DNA from: Candidatus Hodarchaeota archaeon
GTDB lineage: Archaea; Asgardarchaeota; Heimdallarchaeia; Hodarchaeales; Hodarchaeaceae
Length of the DNA: 50,241 nt
Assembly: GCA_016840035.1 (NCBI GenBank)
Contig: JAEOTC010000146.1
Location: 1-50,241 of the forward strand
Reading direction: 5' to 3'
The notes beneath the pieces are model-generated. The model was not told the DNA's origin and searched no databases. It saw only the letters and a list, made by a program, of their open reading frames with translations. Shown piece by piece: positions 28,279-39,200 of the stretch; the first letter of the stretch is position 1, and every line of letters begins with the position of its first letter. Position numbers and translations under genes: made by a program.

Positions 28279-30033
28279 ATGTCTGAACAACAAAAATCCA
28301 ACACTTCCTATCTCATATTGATCATATTAATACTTGCCAGTGGTACAGGGATCGTTTCAATATTTTTACTCAACACAAACTACGGATCAGTTGATGTTTC
28401 TATAATTAGAATTCCTAATAAAGGTGGTTACCTAACAGGCTTACTTTATAAACCTAAGGGTGTTTCAGGAGAAACTCCCCTCCCTACTGTCATTTGTGCC
28501 CATGGATTTTCAAATACCAAACAAGCGATGAGCGGTTTGGCTCTTGAACTAGGCCGTCGAGGATTTATCGCTCTTGCGTTAGATTTAGAAGGTCATGGAA
28601 GTTCAGATCCAGCTAGTAATGATTCTACTAGGGGTATATTATCTGCAATTGATTTTCTTAACTCCTTACCCTACGCTAACACCAAATCTATCGGTGTTGC
28701 AGGACATAGCATGGGTGCTGCAGCCACATGGTCTACAGCGCTCTCTCATGGTAATATTACTGCATCAGTATTGATAGGAGGATTACCTGATCTCAGTCCT
28801 GAGGGCCCTTATGATGGAAAATTCAATGCTACTTTTCCAAAAAATGTGTTAGTCGCTGTAGGAGAATATGATGAATTTTTTGGTGATGTTTCAAACTTAA
28901 ATACGGAATTAATGGGTCTATTCGGGACCACTAACCCGATTGTACCAAATCATAGGTTTTATGGGAGTTTTCTGCCCAACAGACAAGATGCTAGAAGATT
29001 AGTTATATCTAAAACTATTCATGTCCTTGAACCTATTGATCCCCTAATAATTACGGAAACAATTCAGTGGATGCAAATTACTCTCAAGACTGAGGGGTAT
29101 CATGATGAATATTACATTCCCCATCAAAATCATATCTATACTTATCGAGATATCGCCAGTGTTGTCACTCTTGTATCGCTTATTTGCTTATTCCTCGCGT
29201 TACTTCCACATATATATACTTTAAAGTCATTTAAGCAGGAAGTAGAAACTTCTAGACTCGGATTTATGAAACCTGATCTTAAGCGGACAAGCATAGTATG
29301 GGGGTGTCTAGTTATCTTCTTATACTTCCCTGTAATGCTTTTAGGTACATTTATTCCAATCCCCCCAATGACTTATGCATCCTCAATCACTTTATGGTTC
29401 CTTCTAATCAATATTATTACATTTGGACTTGTTTACCGATTTTCTTCAAAGTTTGGAACCGAATTTTCCCTTAAAGAACTTTTTCAGAAAGACTCCCGAA
29501 TTTGGGGTGTAAAAAAGGGCGTTGGACTAGCTTGTGGATTTATTGGGGGTTTATATGTGATTATATTTCACCTCGAAGTCGTCTTTCAAATTCTGTTAGG
29601 ATTCATCATCACTCTATTTTCAAATCTCTTTGTACTTCCTCGACTTATTAGTTTTCTAATTCTTTTACCTTTATTCTTAGTTTACTTTATTATTGATGGA
29701 TTACTCTTTCATGCAAATCCTGAAGTGCGAGAAACGAAAGCTACTATGAGGAATGAATTTGTTGATGTGATTAGCTTACTTTCAGCCAAAATATGGCCAT
29801 TTATTCTTGTGGTTGCCAGTATTTACCTTCCACGGGTATTATTTGGAATTAATTTATTACCAGGTGGGTTGATTGCACTTTCAATCCAATTCTTCTGGGT
29901 AATAGGGCTATTTTTTGTTGCAGGATCATTGATTTCATGGTTCTGGTATCGCGAAACTAATTCCATCTTACCTGGAGCTGTTTTTAACGGTATTATCTTC
30001 GTGTGGATCTTAACGTCTCTTTTACCTGTTTAA
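28279..30033 (+). CDS. Membrane-bound alpha/beta hydrolase with multi-pass C-terminal membrane domain
   Basis: N-terminal TM, VICAHGF, LDLEGHGSS, GHSMGA, GEYDE, TIHVLE, then ~8 hydrophobic segments. Start taken at ATG 28279 (AAGGA upstream); the ORF is open from 28234. Confidence 0.85.
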   Translation: MSEQQKSNTSYLILIILILASGTGIVSIFLLNTNYGSVDVSIIRIPNKGGYLTGLLYKPKGVSGETPLPTVICAHGFSNTKQAMSGLALELGRRGFIALALDLEGHGSSDPASNDSTRGILSAIDFLNSLPYANTKSIGVAGHSMGAAATWSTALSHGNITASVLIGGLPDLSPEGPYDGKFNATFPKNVLVAVGEYDEFFGDVSNLNTELMGLFGTTNPIVPNHRFYGSFLPNRQDARRLVISKTIHVLEPIDPLIITETIQWMQITLKTEGYHDEYYIPHQNHIYTYRDIASVVTLVSLICLFLALLPHIYTLKSFKQEVETSRLGFMKPDLKRTSIVWGCLVIFLYFPVMLLGTFIPIPPMTYASSITLWFLLINIITFGLVYRFSSKFGTEFSLKELFQKDSRIWGVKKGVGLACGFIGGLYVIIFHLEVVFQILLGFIITLFSNLFVLPRLISFLILLPLFLVYFIIDGLLFHANPEVRETKATMRNEFVDVISLLSAKIWPFILVVASIYLPRVLFGINLLPGGLIALSIQFFWVIGLFFVAGSLISWFWYRETNSILPGAVFNGIIFVWILTSLLPV

Positions 30034-30125
30034 CTAGAACGATAGATAAGATTTAATATAAAGATAATCAGATCCGAAAATTAATAAGTCTCAATTAATG
30101 GAGGAATCTGAAGGAGGCATCTTAT

Positions 30126-32099
30126 TTGGCCAAGATGTTATGGAAACCATCGGAGATACAGATTAAAAACGCGAATCTGACCCATTTTATGGAATACGTC
30201 AATGATAAGTTTAATCTTCAGCTTACAGATTATCCAGAGTTACATAAATGGTCGATAGAGAATGTAAAGGACTTTTGGGCAACATTCTGGGATTTTTCCG
30301 AAATAATTTCTTCTCAGAAGTTCACTGATGTTGGTATCAATTTAGATCGATTCATCGATATTGAATGGTTTCCAGGTGCTAAGCTGAACTTCGCTGAAAA
30401 CCTGTTACGATTTAAAGATGAGCAGATTGCTTTCATTTTTCGGGGAGAAACAAAATATCGAGAAGTAATGACGTACTCGGAACTTTATCGAAAAGTAGCA
30501 CATCTCTCACAAACATTACGTGGTCTAGGGCTTTCCAAGGGAGATTTTGTTGCTGCGTATCAACCAAATTTAATAGAAACCATTATTGCAATGTTAGCAT
30601 CTACTAGTATTGGTGCTACGTGGGCTTCATGTGGGGGAGAATTAGGATCGAAAGCTGTTCTTGATCGTCTGGGTCAAATTAAGCCAAAAATATTGTTTAC
30701 TGCTGATGGCTATTTTTACAAGGGTACAAAAATAGATTTAATCCCTAAGGTAAAGGAAGTCGTAGCGGGGTTAAAATCAGTTGAGAAAGTGATTGTTACA
30801 CCCTATACTCAAAGAGAAAACTTCGACTTTTCCATTTTTCCTAATGCTATCTCGTTCAATGATGCTTCTAATTCTACTTCTGAACCATCCATCCAATTTG
30901 AACAAGTGGATTTTAATCATCCTGGTTATGTAATGTTTAGCTCAGGTACTACAGGAAAACCGAAATCCATGGTTCAAGGAGCAGGTGGAGTGTTGTTAAC
31001 TCAATTAAGGGATCTAATACTCCATACTGATTTAAAACGGAGTGATCGTATTACTTATATCACCTCTCCCTCATGGATGATGTGGAATTGGCTTACCACA
31101 TCATTAGCAGTGGGTGCAACAATTTTTCTTTATGATGGTAATCCTCTTTATCCATCTTGGGAAGCAATGTGGGATATAATCGATAAAGAAGAGATATCGA
31201 TCTTTGGTACTTCTGCAAGTTACTTACATTATCTACATGGGATAGGGGCAACCCCTCACGAAAAATTTGATCTATCATCCTTACGAGCAATTTCACAGAC
31301 TGCATCGTCAATTTCAGCAGAAGTGAATGAGTGGATGTATACTGCCATTAAGGAGGATTTCCATTTTAATTCTATCACTGGAGGATCTGATTTGAATGCT
31401 ATTTTTGCTGGTGGAGTACCAATTCTTCCAGTTTATGCTGGTCAGCTCCAAGCTAGTGCATTAGGAATGCGGATTGAGGCCTATAATGAAAAAGGCCTTC
31501 CAGTGCGAGATCAGCAAGCAGAACTTGTCTGTGAAAATCCCTCTCCTAGTATGCCTCTGTATTTCTGGGATGATCCAGATAATCTTCGTTACAAAAACGC
31601 ATATTTTAATCACTATGATTTTCTCGATCGAATGGTTTGGAGACATGGAGATTATGTCATTATTCACAGCGATACAGGGGGAATGACCGTTTTAGGACGT
31701 TCAGACGCTGTTTTGAAACCCTCTGGTGTTCGTATTGGGACTTCAGAGATCTATAATATCGTAGAAGCACTTCCTGAAATTGCAGATAGCCTTGCTTGCG
31801 GTCAACAATGGAAAAACGATCAGAGAATAATTTTATTTGTAAAGCTTGCTTCTAATTCAGTTTTAAACGATGAATTAAAGAGAAAAATCAAAGAGGAGCT
31901 CCGATCAAAAGCTTCTCCTAGACATGTACCTTCCCTTATACTTGAAACACATGATATTCCATACACATTTAGTATGAAAAAAGTCGAGATGGCGATTACA
32001 AATATCCTACATGGAAAAGCTGTAACAAATAAAGATGCACTATCTAATCCCGAATCCTTAGATTTCTATGAACAAATCAGGACCAAAATTTCCGAATAG
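30126..32099 (+). CDS. Acetoacetyl-CoA synthetase (acetoacetate--CoA ligase)
   Basis: LWKPS, WFPGAKLNFAENLL, MFSSGTTGKPK, SWMMWNWL, WRHGD, GRSDAVLKPSGVRIGTSEIY, SPRHVP; AAGGAGG SD before the TTG start. Confidence 0.93.
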   Translation: MAKMLWKPSEIQIKNANLTHFMEYVNDKFNLQLTDYPELHKWSIENVKDFWATFWDFSEIISSQKFTDVGINLDRFIDIEWFPGAKLNFAENLLRFKDEQIAFIFRGETKYREVMTYSELYRKVAHLSQTLRGLGLSKGDFVAAYQPNLIETIIAMLASTSIGATWASCGGELGSKAVLDRLGQIKPKILFTADGYFYKGTKIDLIPKVKEVVAGLKSVEKVIVTPYTQRENFDFSIFPNAISFNDASNSTSEPSIQFEQVDFNHPGYVMFSSGTTGKPKSMVQGAGGVLLTQLRDLILHTDLKRSDRITYITSPSWMMWNWLTTSLAVGATIFLYDGNPLYPSWEAMWDIIDKEEISIFGTSASYLHYLHGIGATPHEKFDLSSLRAISQTASSISAEVNEWMYTAIKEDFHFNSITGGSDLNAIFAGGVPILPVYAGQLQASALGMRIEAYNEKGLPVRDQQAELVCENPSPSMPLYFWDDPDNLRYKNAYFNHYDFLDRMVWRHGDYVIIHSDTGGMTVLGRSDAVLKPSGVRIGTSEIYNIVEALPEIADSLACGQQWKNDQRIILFVKLASNSVLNDELKRKIKEELRSKASPRHVPSLILETHDIPYTFSMKKVEMAITNILHGKAVTNKDALSNPESLDFYEQIRTKISE

Positions 32100-32233
32100 T
32101 TGAAAGGAAGAGTCTTGTTATAGATATTTCATCAAGTATATATGTGCAATCTGGATTGTAATTCCAAGATAAACGATTTTAGAAGAGATAAGTATTAAAA
32201 GTGTCAAGAAATTGATATATTTGGCGAATAATT

Positions 32234-32635
32234 ATGGTAGAAATCTTAAGAAAAACAATGCCTTCCTCTTTCTCTTTTGATGAAACTGTTGAACATGTTC
32301 AAAAGGTTGTAGCGGACGAAGGTTTTACTGTATTACTAACAAAGGCGATAGATCAAGTAATTGAAAAGAAACTTGGAGTGAAAGGATATCCTAAATATAC
32401 AAGCATTATGGCCTGTGGTGCTGATTTAGCAAAAGCTGCTTTGGATGTACAGAAGGATGTTGGAACTCTGTTCCCTTGTAGCTTTGTGGTTTATGAAGAA
32501 AACGCTGAAATTAAGGTCGCTCATGTTTCAATAATGAAAATGTCTGTTGAATTAGGTATTGCCCCAAAAGATGGAATGGCTCCAGTTATCAAGAAAACTA
32601 GTGAGCGGGTACATGCTGCATGGGATAAAATTTAG
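32234..32635 (+). CDS. DUF302 domain protein
   Basis: SFDETV...EGFTVL...KKLG...IMACGADLA...GTLFPCSFVVYE pattern. Confidence 0.85.
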   Translation: MVEILRKTMPSSFSFDETVEHVQKVVADEGFTVLLTKAIDQVIEKKLGVKGYPKYTSIMACGADLAKAALDVQKDVGTLFPCSFVVYEENAEIKVAHVSIMKMSVELGIAPKDGMAPVIKKTSERVHAAWDKI

Positions 32636-32765
32636 TTGAATAACCAAATACATGGTAATTTTTTCCCATTTACTTTTTCTTTGTGACTAGAACCTTTCCT
32701 ATTCTAGAGTATTCTCTGCAAATCGTTTTATATTGATCATTTCGATGAAGAACTGGGATACAAAA

Positions 32766-33341
32766 ATGAGTGATAAGGTCACCATAAGAGATTATCAAAC
32801 AGAGGATTGGCCTTCAGTGAAGCTAGCTTTACTAGAATCGGATATTTACTCTGTTTATGGTCCAACTGTTCTTAAAAGTGAAAAAAGTCGTATAGATTTT
32901 TATTTACAGGTACCTGAGAAAGGAAGAGTATTTACCGCGTATATTACAGAGAAAATTTCTGTTGAAAGTGAAAGCGACTCCGATGATGAACCAAAGGAAG
33001 AAGTTCGTGAAACTGTTGTAGGATATGCGGTAATCGATTTCTTTGGTCGTGGTATTTTTATATTGTCTTTGATTGTCGGAAAACAATATCGTGGACTGGG
33101 TTATGGCAAGCGATTAATGGAACATATTAAGACATTTGGTAAAAAGAATACACAATATACCATCCTTCGTGGCTCTGCTGATGAACAATTGGTAAGTGTA
33201 CATTCATTTTTACTTAAACAAGGTTTTAGAGCGTGTGGATTTGTAGAACATGATTTATCATGGGACCATTCGACTATTCATTATGTTTTCCCTCTTCGTG
33301 AAGAAGAAGAGGATGAGCAAGAACTGTTGATCTCAGCTTAA
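32766..33341 (+). CDS. GNAT family N-acetyltransferase
   Basis: VTIRDY; LIVGKQYRGLGYGKRLM (motif A); FLLKQGF. Start taken at ATG 32766. Confidence 0.85.
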   Translation: MSDKVTIRDYQTEDWPSVKLALLESDIYSVYGPTVLKSEKSRIDFYLQVPEKGRVFTAYITEKISVESESDSDDEPKEEVRETVVGYAVIDFFGRGIFILSLIVGKQYRGLGYGKRLMEHIKTFGKKNTQYTILRGSADEQLVSVHSFLLKQGFRACGFVEHDLSWDHSTIHYVFPLREEEEDEQELLISA

Positions 33342-33365
33342 GTCCCAGATTTTTTGCAACAAGAA

Positions 33366-33923
33366 TCATTCAGTATATCGGTTAAAGGAAATAAATTCTT
33401 CTACAGACTTCCGAATGGGTCTTTTTAGTTCTTTTTCCTTTTGTTTGTCACTCATTTCATCAGGAAATGCTGATGTATGCTTTCCAACAATTATTAACGT
33501 AATTACTGAATTCTTTCCGGGAATATTTAGAAGTTCTTTTGTTTTTTCCACACTAAAACCTGCAATTGGGTGTGCAACCAGTCCCATTTCAGTTAGTAAG
33601 AGGATTAAATATGCTGTTGCCATACCTGTATCAAATAGAAAATATGGATCTCGTTCGGCTATCTGACAGTCTAAGCTAGCTTCTGAATGAACAGCAACTA
33701 TCATTGAAGCATTTCTTGCCCATTGGTTGCCGCGACTCAAACAAGTAAACAGTTCTTGAAGCACAATCTCGTCATGGACGAAAATATAACGCCAAGGTTG
33801 ATTATTCATACAACTAGGACTAAGTGAGACAAGTTCTGCGACTTTTTTTATATCCTCAGAAGAGATGTCCACAGGTTCAAGAGCTCGATATGCTCTCCTT
33901 GCTCTAATTATAGAATCAAGCAT
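33366..33923 (-). CDS. Nitroreductase family protein
   Basis: IRARRAYR, LSPSCMNNQPWRYIFV, DTGMATAYLIL, LIIVG, RKSVEE. Confidence 0.92.
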   Translation of the reverse strand: MLDSIIRARRAYRALEPVDISSEDIKKVAELVSLSPSCMNNQPWRYIFVHDEIVLQELFTCLSRGNQWARNASMIVAVHSEASLDCQIAERDPYFLFDTGMATAYLILLLTEMGLVAHPIAGFSVEKTKELLNIPGKNSVITLIIVGKHTSAFPDEMSDKQKEKELKRPIRKSVEEFISFNRYTE

Positions 33924-34079
33924 AATTTTTCATTCCCAGCAATTGATATGTGAATACATGTACATAAAAAACTCTCCCTATAAAACTACTCCCCCTCTTT
34001 TCAGATTCCTAAAAGAAAAGTATTGTTTTTTGGATTTGCGAGGATAGCTAGTTTTATTATTGAGTAATTCCTATAAATT

Positions 34080-35129
34080 TTGAATGGAATGCAATGTCCA
34101 CTTAATAACCAAGGGCTTTCTCCAGGGAAATGTGGAACTAGAATACATGATGAAATGAGACCAGCATGTGAAGTAACGCTAAAAAAAGAAAAAGGAAGCT
34201 TTCAACGAATAATTAAGTCGATTCTTCTATCTAGACCAGAGGACTATTTAAGTATTTATCAAAGTGGATGCAATCACGACTGTCTCAAATGTCACTCAGC
34301 CGAATTTTCTAAAGCGGTAAACGGTGAGTGGTATAGTAATGATAGACTGGCACAAATAGCTGCTGAATACTCTTCTTATGTGACTGTCTCTGAACCCCGT
34401 TCTAGAGCCACCATGTGGCATGCTGATGACTTATGTCTGCACTGTGGGTCGTGCATAATTTATGGAAACCGCGCTCCCCATTGCCCGAAAAAACTAAGCA
34501 CATCTCAAGTTACTCTTTCACCCCAAGGGTTTGGCCCTGCAAGAAATATTGTAGCATTTACTGGGGGAGATTTAACCTGCAATCCGAATTATTATGCAGA
34601 TGCTGCTACGAAAATTAAAGATGCTTCTAATGGAAAGTTATGGGTACTAGTAGAGACAAATGGGTATGCATTGACCAAACGGAATCTAGAAATGCTTAAA
34701 GCAGGACAAGTGGACTCTTATTGGTTGGATATTAAAGCATATGATAAGAAAGTATACAAAAAATTATGTGGTACTTCTAATGAGACGGTTCTCAAATCTA
34801 TAGAGTTGATTGTAGATTTAGACTTTACTTTGGAATTATTACTACTTTTTATTCCTGGATTAGTAGAAACGGACCAACATATTCAGATAGCACGGCTTAT
34901 TTCGGAAATCGATCCTGAAATTCCTACCTCGCTCTTAGCATTCTTTCCCACCTACAAATTAGCATCCTCTCGTCCTCCCACATTCGAGGAAATGACAAGG
35001 AGTTTTATTGCAATGAAAAATGAAGGAATCCTGAACTTACGACTTGGGAACCTTGGTGTTTTTGTTAAAACACCTGAACAACAACTTGAAATATATGAAT
35101 TACAAAAAAATGAGTCATCTTCGTTATGA
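34080..35129 (+). CDS. Radical SAM protein (PflA/AmrS-related) with additional Cys clusters
   Basis: SIYQSGCNHDCLKCH (CxxxCxxC), FTGGD, ETNGY, DIKA; inserted CLHCGSC...HCP. Confidence 0.88.
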   Translation: MNGMQCPLNNQGLSPGKCGTRIHDEMRPACEVTLKKEKGSFQRIIKSILLSRPEDYLSIYQSGCNHDCLKCHSAEFSKAVNGEWYSNDRLAQIAAEYSSYVTVSEPRSRATMWHADDLCLHCGSCIIYGNRAPHCPKKLSTSQVTLSPQGFGPARNIVAFTGGDLTCNPNYYADAATKIKDASNGKLWVLVETNGYALTKRNLEMLKAGQVDSYWLDIKAYDKKVYKKLCGTSNETVLKSIELIVDLDFTLELLLLFIPGLVETDQHIQIARLISEIDPEIPTSLLAFFPTYKLASSRPPTFEEMTRSFIAMKNEGILNLRLGNLGVFVKTPEQQLEIYELQKNESSSL

Positions 35130-36163
35130 AACCTGAAAACAATCTAGAAGTATTCAAAAAAGAATCTCTTCTATATTACCAATTGGACGATAAGATTGTA
35201 AGATGTAATACATGTTCGCATAACTGTACAATTCGTGATGGATATTGGGGATTCTGTGAGACTAGAAAAAATGAGAAGGGAACTTTAAACGTTTATAACT
35301 ACGGTTTAGTATCCTCTTATTCAATAAATCCGATTGAAAAGAAACCTCTGTTTCATTATTATCCAGGAACCACTGCTTTGACCATAGGTGGATTTTCATG
35401 TAATTTTAAATGTCCTTGGTGCCAAAATTGGAGTATCAGTAAAACCACACCCCAAAAGATACGTAATCCTATCTTTCTATCCCCGAATGAGATTAAACAA
35501 AGAATACTCAAAGAAGGTCAGGTAAAGGGGATATCGGTTTCCTTTAATGAACCCACTATATCCTTAGAATATGTTCTTGATATATTTAATCTACTCGATT
35601 CTGATTACTATAAAATGTTTGTAACAAATGGATATATGACAAAGCAGGCATTAGATGTTTTGATAAAATCAGGATTAACCGGGATGAGTGTTACAGTGAA
35701 AGGAGACGAATCTATTGTTCAAAAATATTGTAAAGCCGATATAACCAAGGTATGGGAAAATATTACCTATGCTAACAGTCGAAACATACATGTGGAGATC
35801 ATATGTCTGATTATTCCATCTGTAAATGATACATTTGATTTTTATTTAGATACTGCCAACCGATTGATCGACATTGATAAAAATATCCCCTTACATTTTA
35901 CACGGTTTTTCCCAGATTATCGATTTACTCATGTCTCTCCAACACCAATTAATAGTTTGGAAAATGCTCATACTACCGCAAAAGAACGAGGGATCAATTA
36001 TGTATATCTCGGAAACATTCCTGGACATCCATTAGAAAACACATATTGCCACCAGTGTCATTCCTTGTTAATTAAGCGTACTGGATATCAAAGTGCGTAT
36101 TCTATGGATATTGAACAAGGTAGATGTTCTACGTGTGGAGAGAAGATTCCTATTCTGTTTTAA
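35126..36163 (+). CDS. amrS: AmmeMemoRadiSam-type radical SAM enzyme
   Basis: CNTCSHNC, NPIEKKPLFHYYPG, CNFKCPWCQNWSIS, FNEP, VTNGY, PLHFTRFFP, YVYLGN, NTYCHQC...CSTCG. Confidence 0.9.
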   Translation: MKPENNLEVFKKESLLYYQLDDKIVRCNTCSHNCTIRDGYWGFCETRKNEKGTLNVYNYGLVSSYSINPIEKKPLFHYYPGTTALTIGGFSCNFKCPWCQNWSISKTTPQKIRNPIFLSPNEIKQRILKEGQVKGISVSFNEPTISLEYVLDIFNLLDSDYYKMFVTNGYMTKQALDVLIKSGLTGMSVTVKGDESIVQKYCKADITKVWENITYANSRNIHVEIICLIIPSVNDTFDFYLDTANRLIDIDKNIPLHFTRFFPDYRFTHVSPTPINSLENAHTTAKERGINYVYLGNIPGHPLENTYCHQCHSLLIKRTGYQSAYSMDIEQGRCSTCGEKIPILF

Positions 36164-36212
36164 ATGGGACTTATAACTCAGGATAGGTTCAAAGAAAATT
36201 TCCCAATCTTAA

Positions 36213-39200
36213 TCATTTTTTTCCTTTTTTCTGTTTCATTCTTTTCCTTTTCTCTTTGGGATCGAATAGTGAAGTCATATCATCAAGCATCCCATCAAAT
36301 AAATCTCCAAAGGCTTCTTGACTTTGTTCATCAGATAAGGTAATTCCCTCATCCTGAATCATGGCTGCATGTTGAGATAAGGAATTGTACTCTGGGGATC
36401 CAACTGGAAATTTCGAAGCCGTTCTTAGACAGAATGTAACGATTTCTGAAAGACCTTCATTGTCTTCTAATTCTTTAAACATAGAAGTTGCCTTGTATAT
36501 TTGATCAATCGCATCATTAATTTTTCCTTCGGTCAAAGCTATCTTAGCGGATGTCAAAAGGAAATTTGCTTCTTCCTGTTGCTGATTATTTTCTTTGAAG
36601 TATCTAACTAAGTTTTCTCTCTCCGATATTGCTAGTTGATTTCCCACTGGAGAGCGATACAATTCTTCATAGATTTCCGCAATTTTAGAGGAGTAAATAT
36701 TCTTTCCTTTCTCCCCGAAGGCTTTTAATTTCTCTGATGCTGTATTAATCAAAGAAATTGCTGTTTCTGGGTCTTCCTCAAGTAATGATCTACCAGCAGA
36801 ATAAAACATATTGGAAATTTCAACGAGGAGGTCTTCCAAGCGTTTCTCAATACTCAATTCTAAGCTTTTTTCGCCCCACTCGAGAAGGGAGGGGAAGTCT
36901 CCGCGCATTAAAAGAAATTTAGCTCTATCGACATTATTTTCTACTACACTCTGCATGTTTGAAACACTTAAACTCAGATCAATGAGTTGATTATAGAGTT
37001 GGATGACTGCAGGTTGATGGTGTTGCTCTTTGTACAATTTCAATCCATGTTCTTTGATTTCGGAACAAATTTCAGTAACTATCTCCTTATAATTTTCGAT
37101 AGAACTTGCTTCTTCTCCAGCTTGTGCCCACATTGTTAAAGCAAGGTCTAAACGAAGAGGAGCAAATAAAATGGCATTATCCTTGTACAGTCTTACCGCT
37201 TGTTTTTTCATGTCTGATTCAGTAAGAATTTTATAAAGCGCTTGTAAAATAGCCCATGCCTCATCAAATTGCTCGTCATGTATTCTTGATTTTTGATCTC
37301 GATCAAGTAATGAAACCACCTTTTCTGTAAATTCTTCATTTTCTGCCTCTAAACGCTTCAGAAAAGAGAAAGTTTGTCCATAGATAGTTATCGCGTTGTG
37401 ATAATCTTCCTTTCTAGAAGATAAATTCTCCATAACTGGCCAGATGAATGAGATGAATTGATCAGGCATATTCAATTTTTCATGAAACTTTAAAGTTAAG
37501 AGGATCATTTCTGTAATGACACTAGTTTGCTCTAAGCCTAATATGAAGTCATTAGTCCATTTCACTAATTCCTGTAAATGAGGATGAGACTTATCTTGCT
37601 CGTAATATATAGTAAAATCTTTCAAAAGGAAATTATTGATCTCAGAATAATATTTTGGTTCGACTGCGTTTTCTGCTAAGTGCTGAACGAATGGAAATAG
37701 AAATGCGTTATATATTGCACTTTTGTGGACTAAGGATGCAATCTGTTCTAATTGGTTGATTATAAACAGTTTTGTTGCTAAAACGGATGAAGCAAGGGTT
37801 TGATCCATTAAATACTGGAGATTTCTTAAGACAATCTGGTCAAGCTCTTTTTCATCTGCAGCCACCTGTGTGGATTTTGAAATAAATTCCACAGCTAGTT
37901 GTGGATTACTTTCAAGTAGTTGTGTTCCGATTTTGAAATAAAAGTCCGCAGCTAGTTCTTTATTAAAAGATTGAAAGATTTCAAATGCTTTTTCTGCATA
38001 TTCAGTAGCTAACTCAATTAAATTACTATTAATTGTCTTGTAAGTTATCGCTGCAAGCACTTCACCTTGTTTTTCACTTGAAATGGCTGTGCCTGTTTCA
38101 TTCATAAGCTTAAGAAATTTCCTAAGACTTTCATGTTTACTTTCAAACTGAGAATATAATGGGTCAGAACGCTCGATGAGATATTCTACTAACGCTTGGA
38201 GTTTATCTTTGGCATCGATTTTTTGGAAGTTTGAGAAACTTCGTTCTAGGAAGTCGAATTCATATGTCAATTTTTCCTCTTGACCAAGAGTTTGTGCGAA
38301 TGAAAAGGCCGTGTCTCCAGCCATTGCAATGTCACCGAAATAAGTAAACAAATCGACGATAGAAATTAATTGAGTTGCCGCAGCATCAATTTTCCCTTCA
38401 CTTAACAACTCACCAAAATTGCTCTGAAGAAATGTAGTAATCTCTCTTGCTCTTCCAGACTCTTGATACAAATCCCACCAACTTTGGGCACAATACTCGA
38501 AATATGGAAGAGAACGTAATCTAAGCTTTTTCTCAAACATTAATTGTCCGTAATTAAACAAATATTCTGTAGTCTGATCTACAATCTTGTCATCGGCCTT
38601 TTTGGCTAAGTTAATTCGTTGAAGTAAATATAACACACCTTTATTGTTATGAAATTCTATTGATCCTTTCTTAACTAATAGCATTCTAGAGTTGAGTATG
38701 TTCTCACAATGTGTTTTTCCTTGGTTGAATAGATATTCTAGAATCTCTTCAGTAATTTCTTTGTTTTCATACTTAAGAGCAGCCTCGAAAGCATCAACTA
38801 TAGTATTTTCAAAATCTTCCTGATGATTAGCATTGTCAAATACCTGTGTTAATGACCATAAAAAGGGAGCAACTCTTGTTACAGCATCTGCCTCAATAAA
38901 ACCGGCACTTGCAGTTTTCTGTAATACACGTGCTATGTCAACTTGTTTTTGAGCTTTTTTCAGAGCTTTTAGAGCTAATAGTTGGGCAATTTTCAGAGAA
39001 AGTTCTTTTTGTGGATAAGGTTGAACATCAGGTCCTTGTGCTTTGAAAAATTGCATTAAATACGATGTATCCTCCATTGCTTCGGCTGGTCGGTTAATAT
39101 CAATAAATCGACTAACTTTTTCAAGTTTAACGTTTAGTATCTTCTCCATTACGGTCTTATCAAGTGAAACAGATTGATAAGCATCTATTGCTTTAGTAAA

